Source: a virus. From it: a stretch of DNA of 64,000 nucleotides. The translations under genes were made by a program, and so were the position numbers. Location of the stretch: positions 18,728-82,727 of IMG/VR virus record IMGVR_UViG_3300028800_000069. One strand, given 5' to 3'. Shown one piece after another: positions 1-9,802 of the stretch. Position 1 is the stretch's first letter, and each line of letters opens with the position of its first letter. The notes beneath the pieces are model-generated. The model was given only the letters and a program-made list of their open reading frames with translations. It was not told where the DNA came from and did not search any database.

Positions 1-2219
1 AGTACACGATTTTCTGGTGGAATTTTGGTGTGCGTATCTGGCACTTGTATTCCACGGATTTAGCCGAGCGCGTAATTCAGGCTGGAACGATTTCATTGAA
101 GAAGATGGCCGAGTTTTCCATGGCGTCGATTGCGGCGCGTCACTTCCAGTTGTTGATTGATAAGACCCTGCAGCAGACGTTTGATTTAGAATCCCCACTG
201 ACTCAGAACCAGATTGAGTACGCTGCGTTTGACGTGCGTTTCCCACACGCGATGCGGCAGGCGCAAGTCAACATTATGACTGCGGACCAACTCCTTACCA
301 CGGCTCAGATTGAAAATGATGCACTACCTACATTCGCAGACATGCCCATTAACGGGCAGAATCTGGACGACGACCGTTGGAAGCTGCGTATTCAACACGT
401 GATGGAGCGGCGTGCAGGCGAGCTAAAGACACTCGATGAAGGATTCATCCCAATAGTCGGTAAGAAGAACGAGCAGATTGATGAAGCAGAGATAGAGCGT
501 CGATATAAGCACTGGCAGGAAGACTTCCAGTTACCTACGCAACTAGAGACTGATCTTGCAGCACAGAAACGCTTAGAAAAAGACAAGACAAAGAAGGCAG
601 CACTAGGTGCTCTTTTGAAGGCAGAGGAAAAGAAGCGTGCTGAAGAAAAAGCCAAAGCACGCTCTGCTCACTCAGAATTAAGCAAGAAGCGCACTGAATG
701 GAAGAAGCTGCTGGAGAAGTGTGAAGGCGAAGCCTATATAAACTATGGCTCACGCGATCAACTATTAGCAGCGCTGCAACAGATGCCGGGAATGCGAACG
801 ATCAAGGATACGACCGATGATACGTTGCTTCGGTACAATGATCGTCCACTCATTCAGACTCTAAGGAAATTCAATAAGGGAAAGAAAGACACAGGAACAT
901 ACGGACTGCAGTGGACCCAACGATGGATTACCAAGCCTTTGTCTAAAGAAGGCTGGAGGCATCCAGTAGATGGCCGTCTGCATTGTGAGTTCAATCAGCT
1001 AGAAGCTGAAACTGGACGCACCTCTTCATCCAAGCCTAACGCACAGAACTTGCCGAAGGACGATGAAGTTCGTGCCTGTTTCATTTGCGATCCACCTAAT
1101 CCTTTGGTTCGCGTCTCGGTGTGCTGCGATTCAGACACATACCTTGTGAACAGCAAGTACACCTGCACAAAGTGTAAAGAGTACTGCGAGACCAAAGACG
1201 AAGAGATGTGCATCGTCACCTGCGACATGTCTGGAGCAGAACTCCGCATCATTGCAGAGCTAGCCAATGCCACGTCGTGGATCAACGCATTCAACAGAGG
1301 GTGGGACGTTCACTCGGTATCTACAGAAATATTAGAGCCGCAGAAATGGCCTGCACTTGCGTGTGTTGGTGGAGAAACACACTTCGACAAGGAAAAGAAC
1401 AAAGAAGTAGTTCTTCCTCCGTGCGCCTATTACGAGAAGGATGCAAATGGAGAACCTAAAAGACAGAAGTGCAAATGCCCCGGACACGTTGAGCTTCGAC
1501 AAAAAACTAAGTCTATCAACTTCTTGCTTTGTTACGGTGGAGGACCAGCGGCTCTGGCCGATGACCTTGGCATTACCGTAGATGCGGCAAAGGAATTGAT
1601 GCGGCAGCACGAAGCTGCATTCCCTGATGTGTGGTCTTACCTTGAACGTAGCGGTAAGCTGGCAAAGGCTATGCGAGAAGCTAGGGACATGTTCGGCAGA
1701 CGCCGTGCGTTCCCCGTGCCTACTCGTGAGATGGCCAAGGAATGGTGGAAGGATGAACACGAAGAGTCTCTGGAGTTAACAGAGGATGAGCAGAAAGCAA
1801 ACATCTTCAGGTTCAAATCCACGCAACTGCGCGAGCCAAACAAAGAAGAATTAAAACAGCTAACGCACAGGAACCCTACCGAGAAAGAAATCGACAGGGC
1901 CTTGTATGCTCTGGCAGGAAGCGTAGAACGCCGAGGAAAGAACCACTGTATCCAAGGAACAAACGCCTCTATCATCAAACGTGCTATGGGCTGTGGCTTC
2001 GACAAGGACGGAAAGCCCTATCTCTGGCACACGTTGATACAGTACCGTGCCAAGGTACAGAACATGGTGCACGATGAGTTGGTCATTGGCTGTCCGAAGA
2101 GATTCGGTAAGTTAGTGGCAGAACTTATTGCAGATGCGTTCAAGCGTGCGGCGGCAGAAGTCATGCATCTTGTGACAATGGAAGCTGACTACCATATAGC
2201 AAATCGTTGGATCAAATAA
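1..2219 (+). CDS. polA: Family A DNA polymerase with 3'-5' exonuclease domain (5' end probably outside window)
   Basis: Exo III YAAFD; TGRTSSSKPNAQNLP; motif A DMSGAELRIIA; motif B RQKTKSINFLLCYG; NHCIQGT; motif C VHDELV. Frame is open back to the window edge. Confidence 0.95.
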   Translation, partial: YTIFWWNFGVRIWHLYSTDLAERVIQAGTISLKKMAEFSMASIAARHFQLLIDKTLQQTFDLESPLTQNQIEYAAFDVRFPHAMRQAQVNIMTADQLLTTAQIENDALPTFADMPINGQNLDDDRWKLRIQHVMERRAGELKTLDEGFIPIVGKKNEQIDEAEIERRYKHWQEDFQLPTQLETDLAAQKRLEKDKTKKAALGALLKAEEKKRAEEKAKARSAHSELSKKRTEWKKLLEKCEGEAYINYGSRDQLLAALQQMPGMRTIKDTTDDTLLRYNDRPLIQTLRKFNKGKKDTGTYGLQWTQRWITKPLSKEGWRHPVDGRLHCEFNQLEAETGRTSSSKPNAQNLPKDDEVRACFICDPPNPLVRVSVCCDSDTYLVNSKYTCTKCKEYCETKDEEMCIVTCDMSGAELRIIAELANATSWINAFNRGWDVHSVSTEILEPQKWPALACVGGETHFDKEKNKEVVLPPCAYYEKDANGEPKRQKCKCPGHVELRQKTKSINFLLCYGGGPAALADDLGITVDAAKELMRQHEAAFPDVWSYLERSGKLAKAMREARDMFGRRRAFPVPTREMAKEWWKDEHEESLELTEDEQKANIFRFKSTQLREPNKEELKQLTHRNPTEKEIDRALYALAGSVERRGKNHCIQGTNASIIKRAMGCGFDKDGKPYLWHTLIQYRAKVQNMVHDELVIGCPKRFGKLVAELIADAFKRAAAEVMHLVTMEADYHIANRWIK

Positions 2220-2228
2220 GGAGACTCA

Positions 2229-2435
2229 ATGCCACAAGCAAGTGATGAACTACGTGCGAAGTTCCCCGGTCATGATCAAGAAGCGTTCGATGTAATTGAC
2301 GTTAACTTCTCGACCAGCCGGGGAGGTATAATCTTCCCAAAGAAACTTGGGTATAAGATGACTGAGCGTGAAGGTGACGCAATAGATTACCTGTGTGATG
2401 AATGGGACTACGCCTATTCTCCACAGGCGGTGTAG
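2229..2435 (+). CDS. Hypothetical protein
   Basis: AAGGAG RBS, 68 aa ORF, operon context. Confidence 0.7.
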   Translation: MPQASDELRAKFPGHDQEAFDVIDVNFSTSRGGIIFPKKLGYKMTEREGDAIDYLCDEWDYAYSPQAV

Positions 2436-2437
2436 AC

Positions 2438-2623
2438 ATGGCATACCTAAATTGTCCGTTTTGTCCCGGCCAAGCGGTTCCTGCAAGCACTCAGGACTCT
2501 ATGCTGCAATTTGGAATGGGCCTTACTAAACTCCGCTGCATTGCCAGCGGACATTTTTCTTACGTGGAGACTGAGGAGATTTATGGAAAAAGACAAAAGC
2601 CTAGCAATAACTTATCTCAGTAA
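2438..2623 (+). CDS. Small Zn-finger-like protein
   Basis: CPFC...C..GH pattern, ATG at 2438. Confidence 0.55.
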   Translation: MAYLNCPFCPGQAVPASTQDSMLQFGMGLTKLRCIASGHFSYVETEEIYGKRQKPSNNLSQ

Positions 2624-2987
2624 AGAACTGATCGCTGAGGGTCTTAATGAGATGGCTAAGATTTGCCGAGCAGAGGCCGATAAGTGGTATCACGAGCCAC
2701 TTACAGGTGCTCCGTTATCTCTGAACCATGGGGAACGCTTTGCTCTCATGCACAGCGAAATATCTGAAGCCATGGAAGCACACCGAAAAGACTTGGTGTC
2801 AGATCATATCCTTGAGTTCAAAGGTGTGGAAGAAGAACTAGCAGACGCATTGATCCGTATCTTCGACTACTGCGGCGACAACAACCTAAGAATCGGTGAG
2901 GCATTTGTTGCGAAGTTACAATACAACCGCAACAGACAGGACCACACGAACGCTGCACGACTGTCTCAAGGAGGTAAAAAGTTTTGA
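2583..2987 (+). CDS. MazG-like NTP pyrophosphohydrolase
   Basis: HSEISEAMEAHRK...EEELADALIRIFD...KLQYNRNR; GAGGAG RBS. Confidence 0.88.
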   Translation: MEKDKSLAITYLSKELIAEGLNEMAKICRAEADKWYHEPLTGAPLSLNHGERFALMHSEISEAMEAHRKDLVSDHILEFKGVEEELADALIRIFDYCGDNNLRIGEAFVAKLQYNRNRQDHTNAARLSQGGKKF

Positions 2988-3433
2988 TCACAGCATACAC
3001 AGACGGAGCAAGTAGAGTCAGTAAACCGGGGATGACTGCCTGTGCATGGGCATTGAATCTCCCCGGTGGTAGGGTCTCCAAAGGTTATTTCCTAGGCCCT
3101 GAGCCACACACAAATAACTATGCAGAGTACCAAGGGTTGCTGCGTCTACTCAGGCACCTGTACGAGAAGCAGTACACAGATGTGCTGATTCATTGTGACT
3201 CAATGCTTGTAGTCGAGCAGGTGAACGGGCGCTGGGATGTAAAGCACAAAGAGTTGCTTCCATACGTTAACGAAGCGTATGGTTTGCTCACGCAAGGCCA
3301 TCACAGGCTTATCCATGTGCGCGGCCATGGTAAGAATGCAAATGCCACGGACAACGAAGGCAACGACTACGTGGACAAGCTTTGCAATCAGGTTCTGGAT
3401 CAACAGGAGGTATTGGATGCTGGAAAAGTTTAA
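2984..3433 (+). CDS. rnhA: Ribonuclease HI
   Basis: YTDGASR, TNNYAEY, CDSMLVV, HVRGH, NDYVDKL catalytic motifs. Confidence 0.92.
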   Translation: MITAYTDGASRVSKPGMTACAWALNLPGGRVSKGYFLGPEPHTNNYAEYQGLLRLLRHLYEKQYTDVLIHCDSMLVVEQVNGRWDVKHKELLPYVNEAYGLLTQGHHRLIHVRGHGKNANATDNEGNDYVDKLCNQVLDQQEVLDAGKV

Positions 3434-3599
3434 GATGTGGCTACGCTGCGAATGGCTGGTATTCGTAAGAGACTACAAGGATGCCACCAGTACGTGCTGG
3501 AAGTGTGGACGCTATGGAGCATCTGTGTGCAGCCTAGTGTACCCCAAGCGATTGTGTGACCCATGCGCAGCAGCGGTGTGTCGAAGGGCGGGACTATGA
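3417..3599 (+). CDS. Small Cys-rich hypothetical protein
   Basis: GGAGG RBS before ATG 3417; CxxC pairs. Confidence 0.5.
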   Translation: MLEKFKMWLRCEWLVFVRDYKDATSTCWKCGRYGASVCSLVYPKRLCDPCAAAVCRRAGL

Positions 3600-3877
3600 T
3601 TTTCATACTAGCAGAAGATCACATGCAAGCTACATGGTTAGCCAATACACTGCGTCTAGAAAAAAAGTCATGGGTGTACCTTACACGTGTAGTGCAGCTA
3701 ATGGGTATAAGAGATGCTGTGATTTTGCGCTGGGGTAATTATTACAGGGCCGAAGAGTTTGTATGGATAATGAACACCATAGAGTATAACGGTCTGACAC
3801 TGCTCGATGTTGATGACGACTGGATGAGACGAAGGGAGCAACATGGCAAAGCGACTGACGAAGCGCACAGCAGTTGA
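3596..3877 (+). CDS. Hypothetical protein
   Basis: ATGA overlap with upstream ORF. Confidence 0.6.
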   Translation: MIFILAEDHMQATWLANTLRLEKKSWVYLTRVVQLMGIRDAVILRWGNYYRAEEFVWIMNTIEYNGLTLLDVDDDWMRRREQHGKATDEAHSS

Positions 3878-4118
3878 GGCTCCTAAGCCTCTCCCTGCAC
3901 GCGGCAAAGAGGAAGAGCCAGAGACAACGCTTGGCAAAGGCCCAGAGTCTGTTGCCGGGAAATTTGAGCCGCTAATAGGCTGGTGTGCTAATTGCGAGAA
4001 GTACCCAGCCAACTCCGAGTTCGATTACCTGTGCTACAACTGTCACAAGGATGCAGAGGGATTAGAGTACGACGAGGAAACTAAGCTCTGGATCAAGAAA
4101 GCAAAAAGGAGAAAGTAA
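3843..4118 (+). CDS. Small Zn-finger protein
   Basis: GGAG RBS; CANC...CYNC. Confidence 0.65.
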   Translation: MAKRLTKRTAVEAPKPLPARGKEEEPETTLGKGPESVAGKFEPLIGWCANCEKYPANSEFDYLCYNCHKDAEGLEYDEETKLWIKKAKRRK

Positions 4119-4606
4119 TGTGGACTAAAAAAGAATGGAGAGCAATTCATTTCGTTGAAGGACAGACCATTAAGGAGTTCTTAAAGCAGTTCAAAAACTT
4201 CACTGGAGAAGAGACTATAGTGTGGAGTGCTATAGGTGGTATTTTTAGGTCTGCCATTAGTACTCCCGGTCCAGATGGTAAGGTGCACTGCTACTTAACA
4301 GTGGTACCAAAGGAGAAAGGCCAAGAGAAAGGCCAAGGGCCAGAGGTTGACACTACCGTGTTTCCTCCTGACCAGTTTCAGAAACAAGAGAAGGGTGAGT
4401 GTGCCACAAGTAAGACCACGGAAACACTCAGACCGCCACTCACCGAGTTCGAGCAGGAACTACGCAAGCTCATCAACAGCTACTCCATGGAGAATCACAG
4501 CAACACTCCAGACAACATCCTAGCGGAGTACCTATGCTCATGCTTGGATGTGTTCGGAAGGGCAACTATGCAGCGTGAGCGCTGGTATGGAAGGAGGGTA
4601 TTCTGA
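4118..4606 (+). CDS. Hypothetical phage protein
   Basis: TAATG coupling; C-terminal INSYSMENHSNTPDNILAEYL segment resembles a common phage domain. Confidence 0.7.
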   Translation: MWTKKEWRAIHFVEGQTIKEFLKQFKNFTGEETIVWSAIGGIFRSAISTPGPDGKVHCYLTVVPKEKGQEKGQGPEVDTTVFPPDQFQKQEKGECATSKTTETLRPPLTEFEQELRKLINSYSMENHSNTPDNILAEYLCSCLDVFGRATMQRERWYGRRVF

Positions 4607-4773
4607 TGACTGACCCAATTGTCGAAGCACTGCTGGGTTTAGTAGAGACAATGCGAAAACTCACAGCGTTTATTGAGAGCATCAACCAAAGGCTTTACAA
4701 AGTAGAGGACAAGTTGGCACCACGCATACCCACCGCATCAGAAAGCAACGCACGTTTCAATCGAGAGAACTAA
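4606..4773 (+). CDS. Hypothetical protein (55 aa, not in ORF track)
   Basis: AAGGAGG RBS, TGATG coupling, ends just before terminator. Confidence 0.6.
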   Translation: MTDPIVEALLGLVETMRKLTAFIESINQRLYKVEDKLAPRIPTASESNARFNREN

Positions 4774-4790
4774 ACACATGCCTCACATCG

Positions 4791-4821
4791 GCCCCGCGCC
4801 TTTGGTGGGGCATTTTTTTTT
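4791..4821 (+). terminator. Rho-independent terminator
   Basis: GCCCCGC/GTGGGGC stem followed by T9. Confidence 0.85.
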
Positions 4822-5314
4822 GGCCCAAACGGCCTCTGGCTCGCGCCACGTTTCTGCCGTAAGGCTTCCCGAATTTTTCCAACGGCTCCCGCACAAACCC
4901 GTGGCAGTTTGCATGAAACGTTCCTAAGCGGATCGCCGCGCCGGGGCAGGACGCCCTGCGAATCGCAATGTTACAAGCTGTAACGTACAGCTACGTATCA
5001 CAATGAGATTTCCCTGCAAATGCAATGGGTTAGCTACGCAGTGGTCCTGCCATCTTGTTGTAAACAAAAGGAAAGTTACCGTCCTAGCACATTTCCTAAC
5101 TTTCCCGTACCTCAGGGCCGGGACGTTACCGTACGGGAACACCCTAGCGAGAGCGCCAGGGTCATGTCGGGGACAGGGCCGTGCGTGTGGTACACGCCTC
5201 CGCGTAGTCACCCCCACGCGCTGGAAAGGGTGGTCCGTTTAGGGGGTATCTCCGGGTCCGTTCTGCCCATAGATTCGCCTGACCTTCGCTGTGTCGATCA
5301 GCACACACCGCTAG

Positions 5315-6005
5315 GCATTCGCTACTGTCAAGCTGACCACCCCATGGCATTCGCTATGCATTCGCCCTGCGTGCCCTATGCTCAGGTACTCACGGCGTAC
5401 GCCATACGCTTTCCCTTCGCTGCCGCTGCCGCTGGTGTCGAGGCAGGAGAGAGCAGAGCACAGGGTATTCGCCACGCATTCGCTATGTCATTGACAACAC
5501 AGGATCGAGGCATTCGCCACGCATTCGCTATGCAATGGTTGAGCGAGTGGCCAAGCGCATCCGAGGACATTGCTGTGGACAGGGGCGGGGAACCTGATCC
5601 CTAGCGAATACTTAGCGAACGCATTGCGGTGAGCGTAGCTAACGCCTAGGGGAATGAATAAGATAGAGCGAAGGAAAGGCAAAGCTATGTGCTACAACCT
5701 GTAGTGTTACACCATGTAACAAAGCAAGGCAAGGGCTGGGCATGTGCTAAGAGAATACCGTTTCAATATGATAGATAGGGTTCTGCCTTGCAATCCTGAA
5801 CTGGCTCGAAGCATGGCAAAGGTACGGCTGGGAACGGTGAAGGAACAATGCTACCGCATGGTATCTGCCTGTCTTCTCCTTCTATCAGTCACTCCGACTC
5901 ATGCGCGAGAATGCGAACGTACAGCGTACGCTTTGTGCTGGTGCTGGTGCTGGTGCATTGCCGATTCGAGAACAGAGAACGGCATAGCAGACGCGTGGCG
6001 AATGC
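5315..6005. repeat. Iteron-like GCATTCGC repeats, mostly as pairs 11 bp apart, in both orientations
   Basis: Copies at 5315, 5347/5358, 5465/5476, 5510/5521; inverted at 5604/5615 and 5987/5998. Confidence 0.75.
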
Positions 6006-6222
6006 AGGATCGATTCCTAGGCGGTTTCCCTGCCGCTGGCTGCGTGATTTATCCTCCTGTGACAGTCAGAGCCTCCGCGCCGGGTTCGAGCGTAGAATCG
6101 ACGCCTAGCAGGCACATAGATAATGAGAAATGCGTGTAAGTTCTACGCAGTCAGTGATATAGCACCAACGTGCAGAACACATGGCACTAAAGTTGTAATC
6201 AGGCAAACTTTATTTCCTTTGT

Positions 6223-6298
6223 TTGCAACACTTTGGCACTGAAGTGCTATGCTTTCGCACTTTCGTGCTGTTTTCGTACATGCCCCCTGTGCTATGCT
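6223..6298 (+). promoter_or_regulatory. Two tandem extended -10 promoters (early region)
   Basis: TGC-TATGCT with the hexamer at 6248 and 6293; TTGCAA at 6223 (19-bp spacer, non-optimal); AT-rich upstream. Confidence 0.5.
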
Positions 6299-6304
6299 GG
6301 CTTC

Positions 6305-7040
6305 AGTCGCCGGAGTCCTCCACCGGACGGGCGATCAGCAGAGCCGATAAGTTAAGAGGCCGAGCGAGTCGGAAGTTGGCAGGAGAGCCCCTAGCGGGAC
6401 AGTCCAGCGACAGGCTACGAAGTACAGGGGCGCAGCAGCCCTATATCCCAATCTGCTAGGCAATCGCAGAGCACGCAGCGAAGCGACTGGAAAGCACGCC
6501 GTAGGGTAAGGCAATCGAGGGTAACTTAGAATGCCGAGGCATACGACGGGCGACAAACATCGACTGACCCCAGCCGCACACACGCAGCGCAAGCCGAGTG
6601 ATAGAGACCGAAGCGAATGAATGTAAGGGTGAAGCAACTAGCGTAGCCGTTCTAATCCGTACTGACGGGCAATTAACGGTGATCGAGGCGCTGGACAAAC
6701 CGCACCCTTATATGACGGTGAACCATTCGCAATAGGCAAGCCGAAGCCGTACCAGTCAAGGGAACGAAGCTAAGCACACCGCCATCTCGTGAGAGATCGT
6801 AGGACGCCTAGCGAACAGAGCCTCCCACTGCTACGTTAAACCAACACCTCTGTTAAAGCCGCAAAGAGTGAACCTGCAAAGAGTGAATCGGTCTAGCAAA
6901 CCGCGAGTGACCCATGCAGCGAGTGACCCATGCGCACATCTTGAGAAAATGTACAGCACACACGGGGCCTTCACAATCTGAGTCTGATGACGCAGGGTTG
7001 GCTGCAATCGAGTGTGCTGTGCCGTTTAGTCAAGACACGG
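6305..7040 (+). ncRNA. Candidate long structured leader or ncRNA
   Basis: ~740 nt between promoters and first credible RBS/ATG (7049); many hairpins and tandem repeats at 6861-6887 and 6903-6933. Confidence 0.4.
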
Positions 7041-7048
7041 AGGACACC

Positions 7049-7252
7049 ATGCGTCTAAACAACTTCGCAACGTTGCAACGTGGAGACCGCATCAAAGTGA
7101 AAATGTATCGCGCTGATAGTCAGGTAATGACTGTCACAGGAGAGCCATTCGAGAGTAATACCTTGGTGCCTGTCATAGATGAAGCAGGCAAGCAGTACAG
7201 CGTTTACTTCCGCGACGTTCTCAAGTTCGAGTACCCCAAAGATCAATTCTAA
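7049..7252 (+). CDS. Early hypothetical protein (small beta-barrel-like)
   Basis: GGAGG RBS, ATG 7049. Confidence 0.7.
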   Translation: MRLNNFATLQRGDRIKVKMYRADSQVMTVTGEPFESNTLVPVIDEAGKQYSVYFRDVLKFEYPKDQF

Positions 7253-7262
7253 GGAGACCGCC

Positions 7263-7526
7263 ATGAAGTCCGAAGCACAGCGCAGCACAATAACAACGTC
7301 AGCGCACAACGTATGGTCAGTGGCGGTGCATCATTACCTGACCGAAAAAGAATACCTCACGCTAACGTTGGGGCATGTGAAGGCTACACACGCATCCTTC
7401 AGGACATCAGGACAAGCGCTTGGTTGGATCAAAAGATTAGCCAAGAGTGAACCCGGAGGAGACGCATCCTTCAACATAGTGTGCTGGGCAGAGGCAGAGC
7501 AACCTTGGGACATATACTTCGAGTAA
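7263..7526 (+). CDS. Early hypothetical protein
   Basis: TAAGGAG RBS. Confidence 0.65.
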   Translation: MKSEAQRSTITTSAHNVWSVAVHHYLTEKEYLTLTLGHVKATHASFRTSGQALGWIKRLAKSEPGGDASFNIVCWAEAEQPWDIYFE

Positions 7527-7537
7527 AGGAGACCACC

Positions 7538-7753
7538 ATGTATGACACGCTAGAAAAACGCCTGACCGCTGCTGGCCAGCGCACCACGAAGTTACAGCTT
7601 GCCTTTGATGCGCTGGAGTTCGCTAACGGACACGTGGGCGCTGCTAAGGACATCATCGCCAAACGTGGTATCCGCATCAGCGCACGAACATGGAACAAGG
7701 CAATCACCGCTCGCCTCTGCCATCTCACCGCAGCCGAACGCTGCCCACGCTAA
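7538..7753 (+). CDS. Early hypothetical protein
   Basis: AAGGAG RBS. Confidence 0.65.
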   Translation: MYDTLEKRLTAAGQRTTKLQLAFDALEFANGHVGAAKDIIAKRGIRISARTWNKAITARLCHLTAAERCPR

Positions 7754-7870
7754 GGAGACCGCCCCTACACATACCAGTGGTGGCTATAGAAACATAGCCG
7801 CAGCATTACAAGTCAAGGGTTTGAAATAACAGTGCATTCACTTAGAATCCAATCCCAAGAGGAGAAGATC

Positions 7871-8080
7871 ATGTTTAGCAAAAAGCATTACGAGTTTCTG
7901 GCCGCATTCATTGCGTATGAGCGAAGCGTTTCCACTGGTAACAACTGGGACGCTGACCAGCAGCGCACGGCAACTATCGACGGACTTGCACGGCTATTAG
8001 CAAGGCGTTTAGAGCAGAACAATACCAAGTTCAATCGTGAGCGTTTCCTCGAAGCATGCGACGTACCGGAGGTGCTGTAA
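7871..8080 (+). CDS. Early hypothetical protein
   Basis: GAGGAG RBS; KKHYEFLA...NTKFNRERFLEAC resembles a common small phage family. Confidence 0.75.
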   Translation: MFSKKHYEFLAAFIAYERSVSTGNNWDADQQRTATIDGLARLLARRLEQNNTKFNRERFLEACDVPEVL

Positions 8081-8319
8081 TGACTAGCGCAGACCTTAAC
8101 AACAGAGCAAAGGCAATTGCTAAGCTACTAACAGATGCAAAACCCTTCAGCGTAGTGCGTCACCAGCGCTTCGGCAATGAGCAGGCCGCAAGCGTAACAG
8201 GTGGCACACTGAGACGCGGACAAATCGTAACTTTGCATCCCATGTGCGGCACTGAACGGTACATCCGCAAAGCAATCGCTCAGGACATCGCAGAGCAAGA
8301 GTGCGAGCCGTTAGTCTAA
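8080..8319 (+). CDS. Early hypothetical protein
   Basis: GGAGG RBS, TAATG coupling. Confidence 0.6.
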   Translation: MTSADLNNRAKAIAKLLTDAKPFSVVRHQRFGNEQAASVTGGTLRRGQIVTLHPMCGTERYIRKAIAQDIAEQECEPLV

Positions 8320-8354
8320 CGCCCACAGCCGCGCTACATGCGCAGGAGAATCCA

Positions 8355-8576
8355 ATGCTTTCACTTTCGCAGATGACCCCAGTAGCTTACATAACAGATG
8401 GCGCAATCGTTTGCCTCGCATGCGGTGACAAGGCTGGTCTACCAGTCAAGGACCAACTCATCGCCTACAACCTTGAATCCGACTTCTATGAGGATGGATT
8501 GAACTGTGACGAATGTGGCAAGGAACTGGTTGAGCCGTACGTTGAGGATGAACCCGAAGCAGAAGACGAGGTATAA
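8355..8576 (+). CDS. Small acidic Zn-finger protein
   Basis: AGGAG RBS; CLAC...CDEC. Confidence 0.7.
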   Translation: MLSLSQMTPVAYITDGAIVCLACGDKAGLPVKDQLIAYNLESDFYEDGLNCDECGKELVEPYVEDEPEAEDEV

Positions 8577-8710
8577 TCGCGCAGGGCCTTGAGTGCCCTG
8601 CACAGCACAGACATAAAGACCGCAAGGATAACCGCCAAGCGATACCATTGGATAACACTTGGTGAGTCTGCGCTGTGTAGGCTACTCAACTTTCACCGGA
8701 GGATACCATC

Positions 8711-8980
8711 ATGGATAACGTTGACGACATCATCGACTACGAAGACGGTAAACAGACGCACGAAGAGACCATCGCAATGTTTCAAAGCATGATCAATAGT
8801 GGCATGGCGTGGAAACTGCAAGGCAGCTATGGCCGCGAAGCAATGTCCCTAATCGAGTCTGGGCAATGCATCCTCGGTGAAGTAGGGCACCACGACTACT
8901 ACGGCAACTACGTGCCAAGCCGTTATGAGGTGAAGGCCGGGACCAAAGGCAGTGTTGAGTATGCCGCTGCACGCAACTAA
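8711..8980 (+). CDS. Early hypothetical protein
   Basis: GGAGG RBS; FQSMINSGMAWKLQGSYGR resembles a common phage family. Confidence 0.8.
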   Translation: MDNVDDIIDYEDGKQTHEETIAMFQSMINSGMAWKLQGSYGREAMSLIESGQCILGEVGHHDYYGNYVPSRYEVKAGTKGSVEYAAARN

Positions 8981-9031
8981 CGTTCGCAGCCTAACGTTCG
9001 CAGCCGCGCACAGCGCACAGGAGCACACCAT

Positions 9032-9229
9032 ATGATGGGAGCAAGCTATAAAACCAAAAAGGCCCTGAAGGAATCCGTAGGGCAATCGCTACGCTACGTT
9101 GAAACGTCCATGTTCGGGGAAGAGTACAAAGCGAACGGAACATTCTGCGTAGTCGGACCTAGCCCACTACAGCGCAAGTGGTTTGCTGAAGTGACCATGA
9201 AAGATGGCCTGATCGCAAAGGTAAGCTAA
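9032..9229 (+). CDS. Early hypothetical protein
   Basis: AGGAG RBS; YKTKKALKE...ETSMFGEEY...RKWFAEVT resembles a common phage family. Confidence 0.8.
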   Translation: MMGASYKTKKALKESVGQSLRYVETSMFGEEYKANGTFCVVGPSPLQRKWFAEVTMKDGLIAKVS

Positions 9230-9256
9230 TAGCGCACACGCGCAATGGAGACTACC

Positions 9257-9802
9257 ATGCCACGTATCCCGAAGCACACTGTAGTAGACACAGACTGCAC
9301 CAAGGCAGGCAGCGGCAACCTAGCACCCAAGGGTGCAAAGGTAGTCACGCTGAACCTGACAGGTCACACTGGCTCAATCAAGGCACGGCAGCGCATAGAG
9401 CAGACCATTGCTCTGGTCACAGCGCAGGCATTGTTAGACGCTGGGTATTCTCTAGGCGTGAACGATGGCGAGGAGACCACGATACACCACAGTCGAGACA
9501 TCGCAGCCATACAGAAAGCACTGTTCACTACGGATGAAGATTGGCTCCTTGTATACAAGCACGAAGCTGGTCACATCTACAGCGACGCAGACGGCGCACA
9601 GCATGAAGACAACCGTGCCGACTACTGGGTACGCTTTGTGTACGGCAATGATGGCTGGGACGTAATCAGCGACTACACCGTGCATCTTGAGCCTGTAATC
9701 GGGGAAGGCACCATAGTGCAGAAACTGATTGACCACGCTGAAGAGTATGGCGTGGTGCCTGACCTGACGTACCGCAATCACAAGCTGACCGTGACCGTGT
9801 AA
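9257..9802 (+). CDS. Early hypothetical protein
   Basis: GGAG RBS; FVYGNDGWDVISDY motif. Confidence 0.75.
   Translation: MPRIPKHTVVDTDCTKAGSGNLAPKGAKVVTLNLTGHTGSIKARQRIEQTIALVTAQALLDAGYSLGVNDGEETTIHHSRDIAAIQKALFTTDEDWLLVYKHEAGHIYSDADGAQHEDNRADYWVRFVYGNDGWDVISDYTVHLEPVIGEGTIVQKLIDHAEEYGVVPDLTYRNHKLTVTV

Noticed and set aside
1040-1520. Inteins in the DNA polymerase insertions
   Set aside because: Insertions are short, with no C-terminal His-Asn junction or LAGLIDADG blocks.
6182-6250. TGGCAC motifs as sigma54 promoters
   Set aside because: One has GT instead of GC at -12 and the other has 9-bp rather than 10-bp spacing; only a short direct repeat is supported.
4924-6698. ORF-track ORFs in the 4.9-6.7 kb gap
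   Set aside because: No RBS, compositions unlike real proteins, repeats translated directly (GIRHAFAM twice); treated as spurious.
6984-7010. CTGATGA followed by a hairpin as a hammerhead ribozyme
   Set aside because: The required GAAA after stem II is missing (AATC follows) and no cleavage-site helix is evident.
6305-7040. Group I intron or RNase P RNA
   Set aside because: No P7-forming R/S elements, no GAGGAAAGUCC core, and no interrupted host gene.
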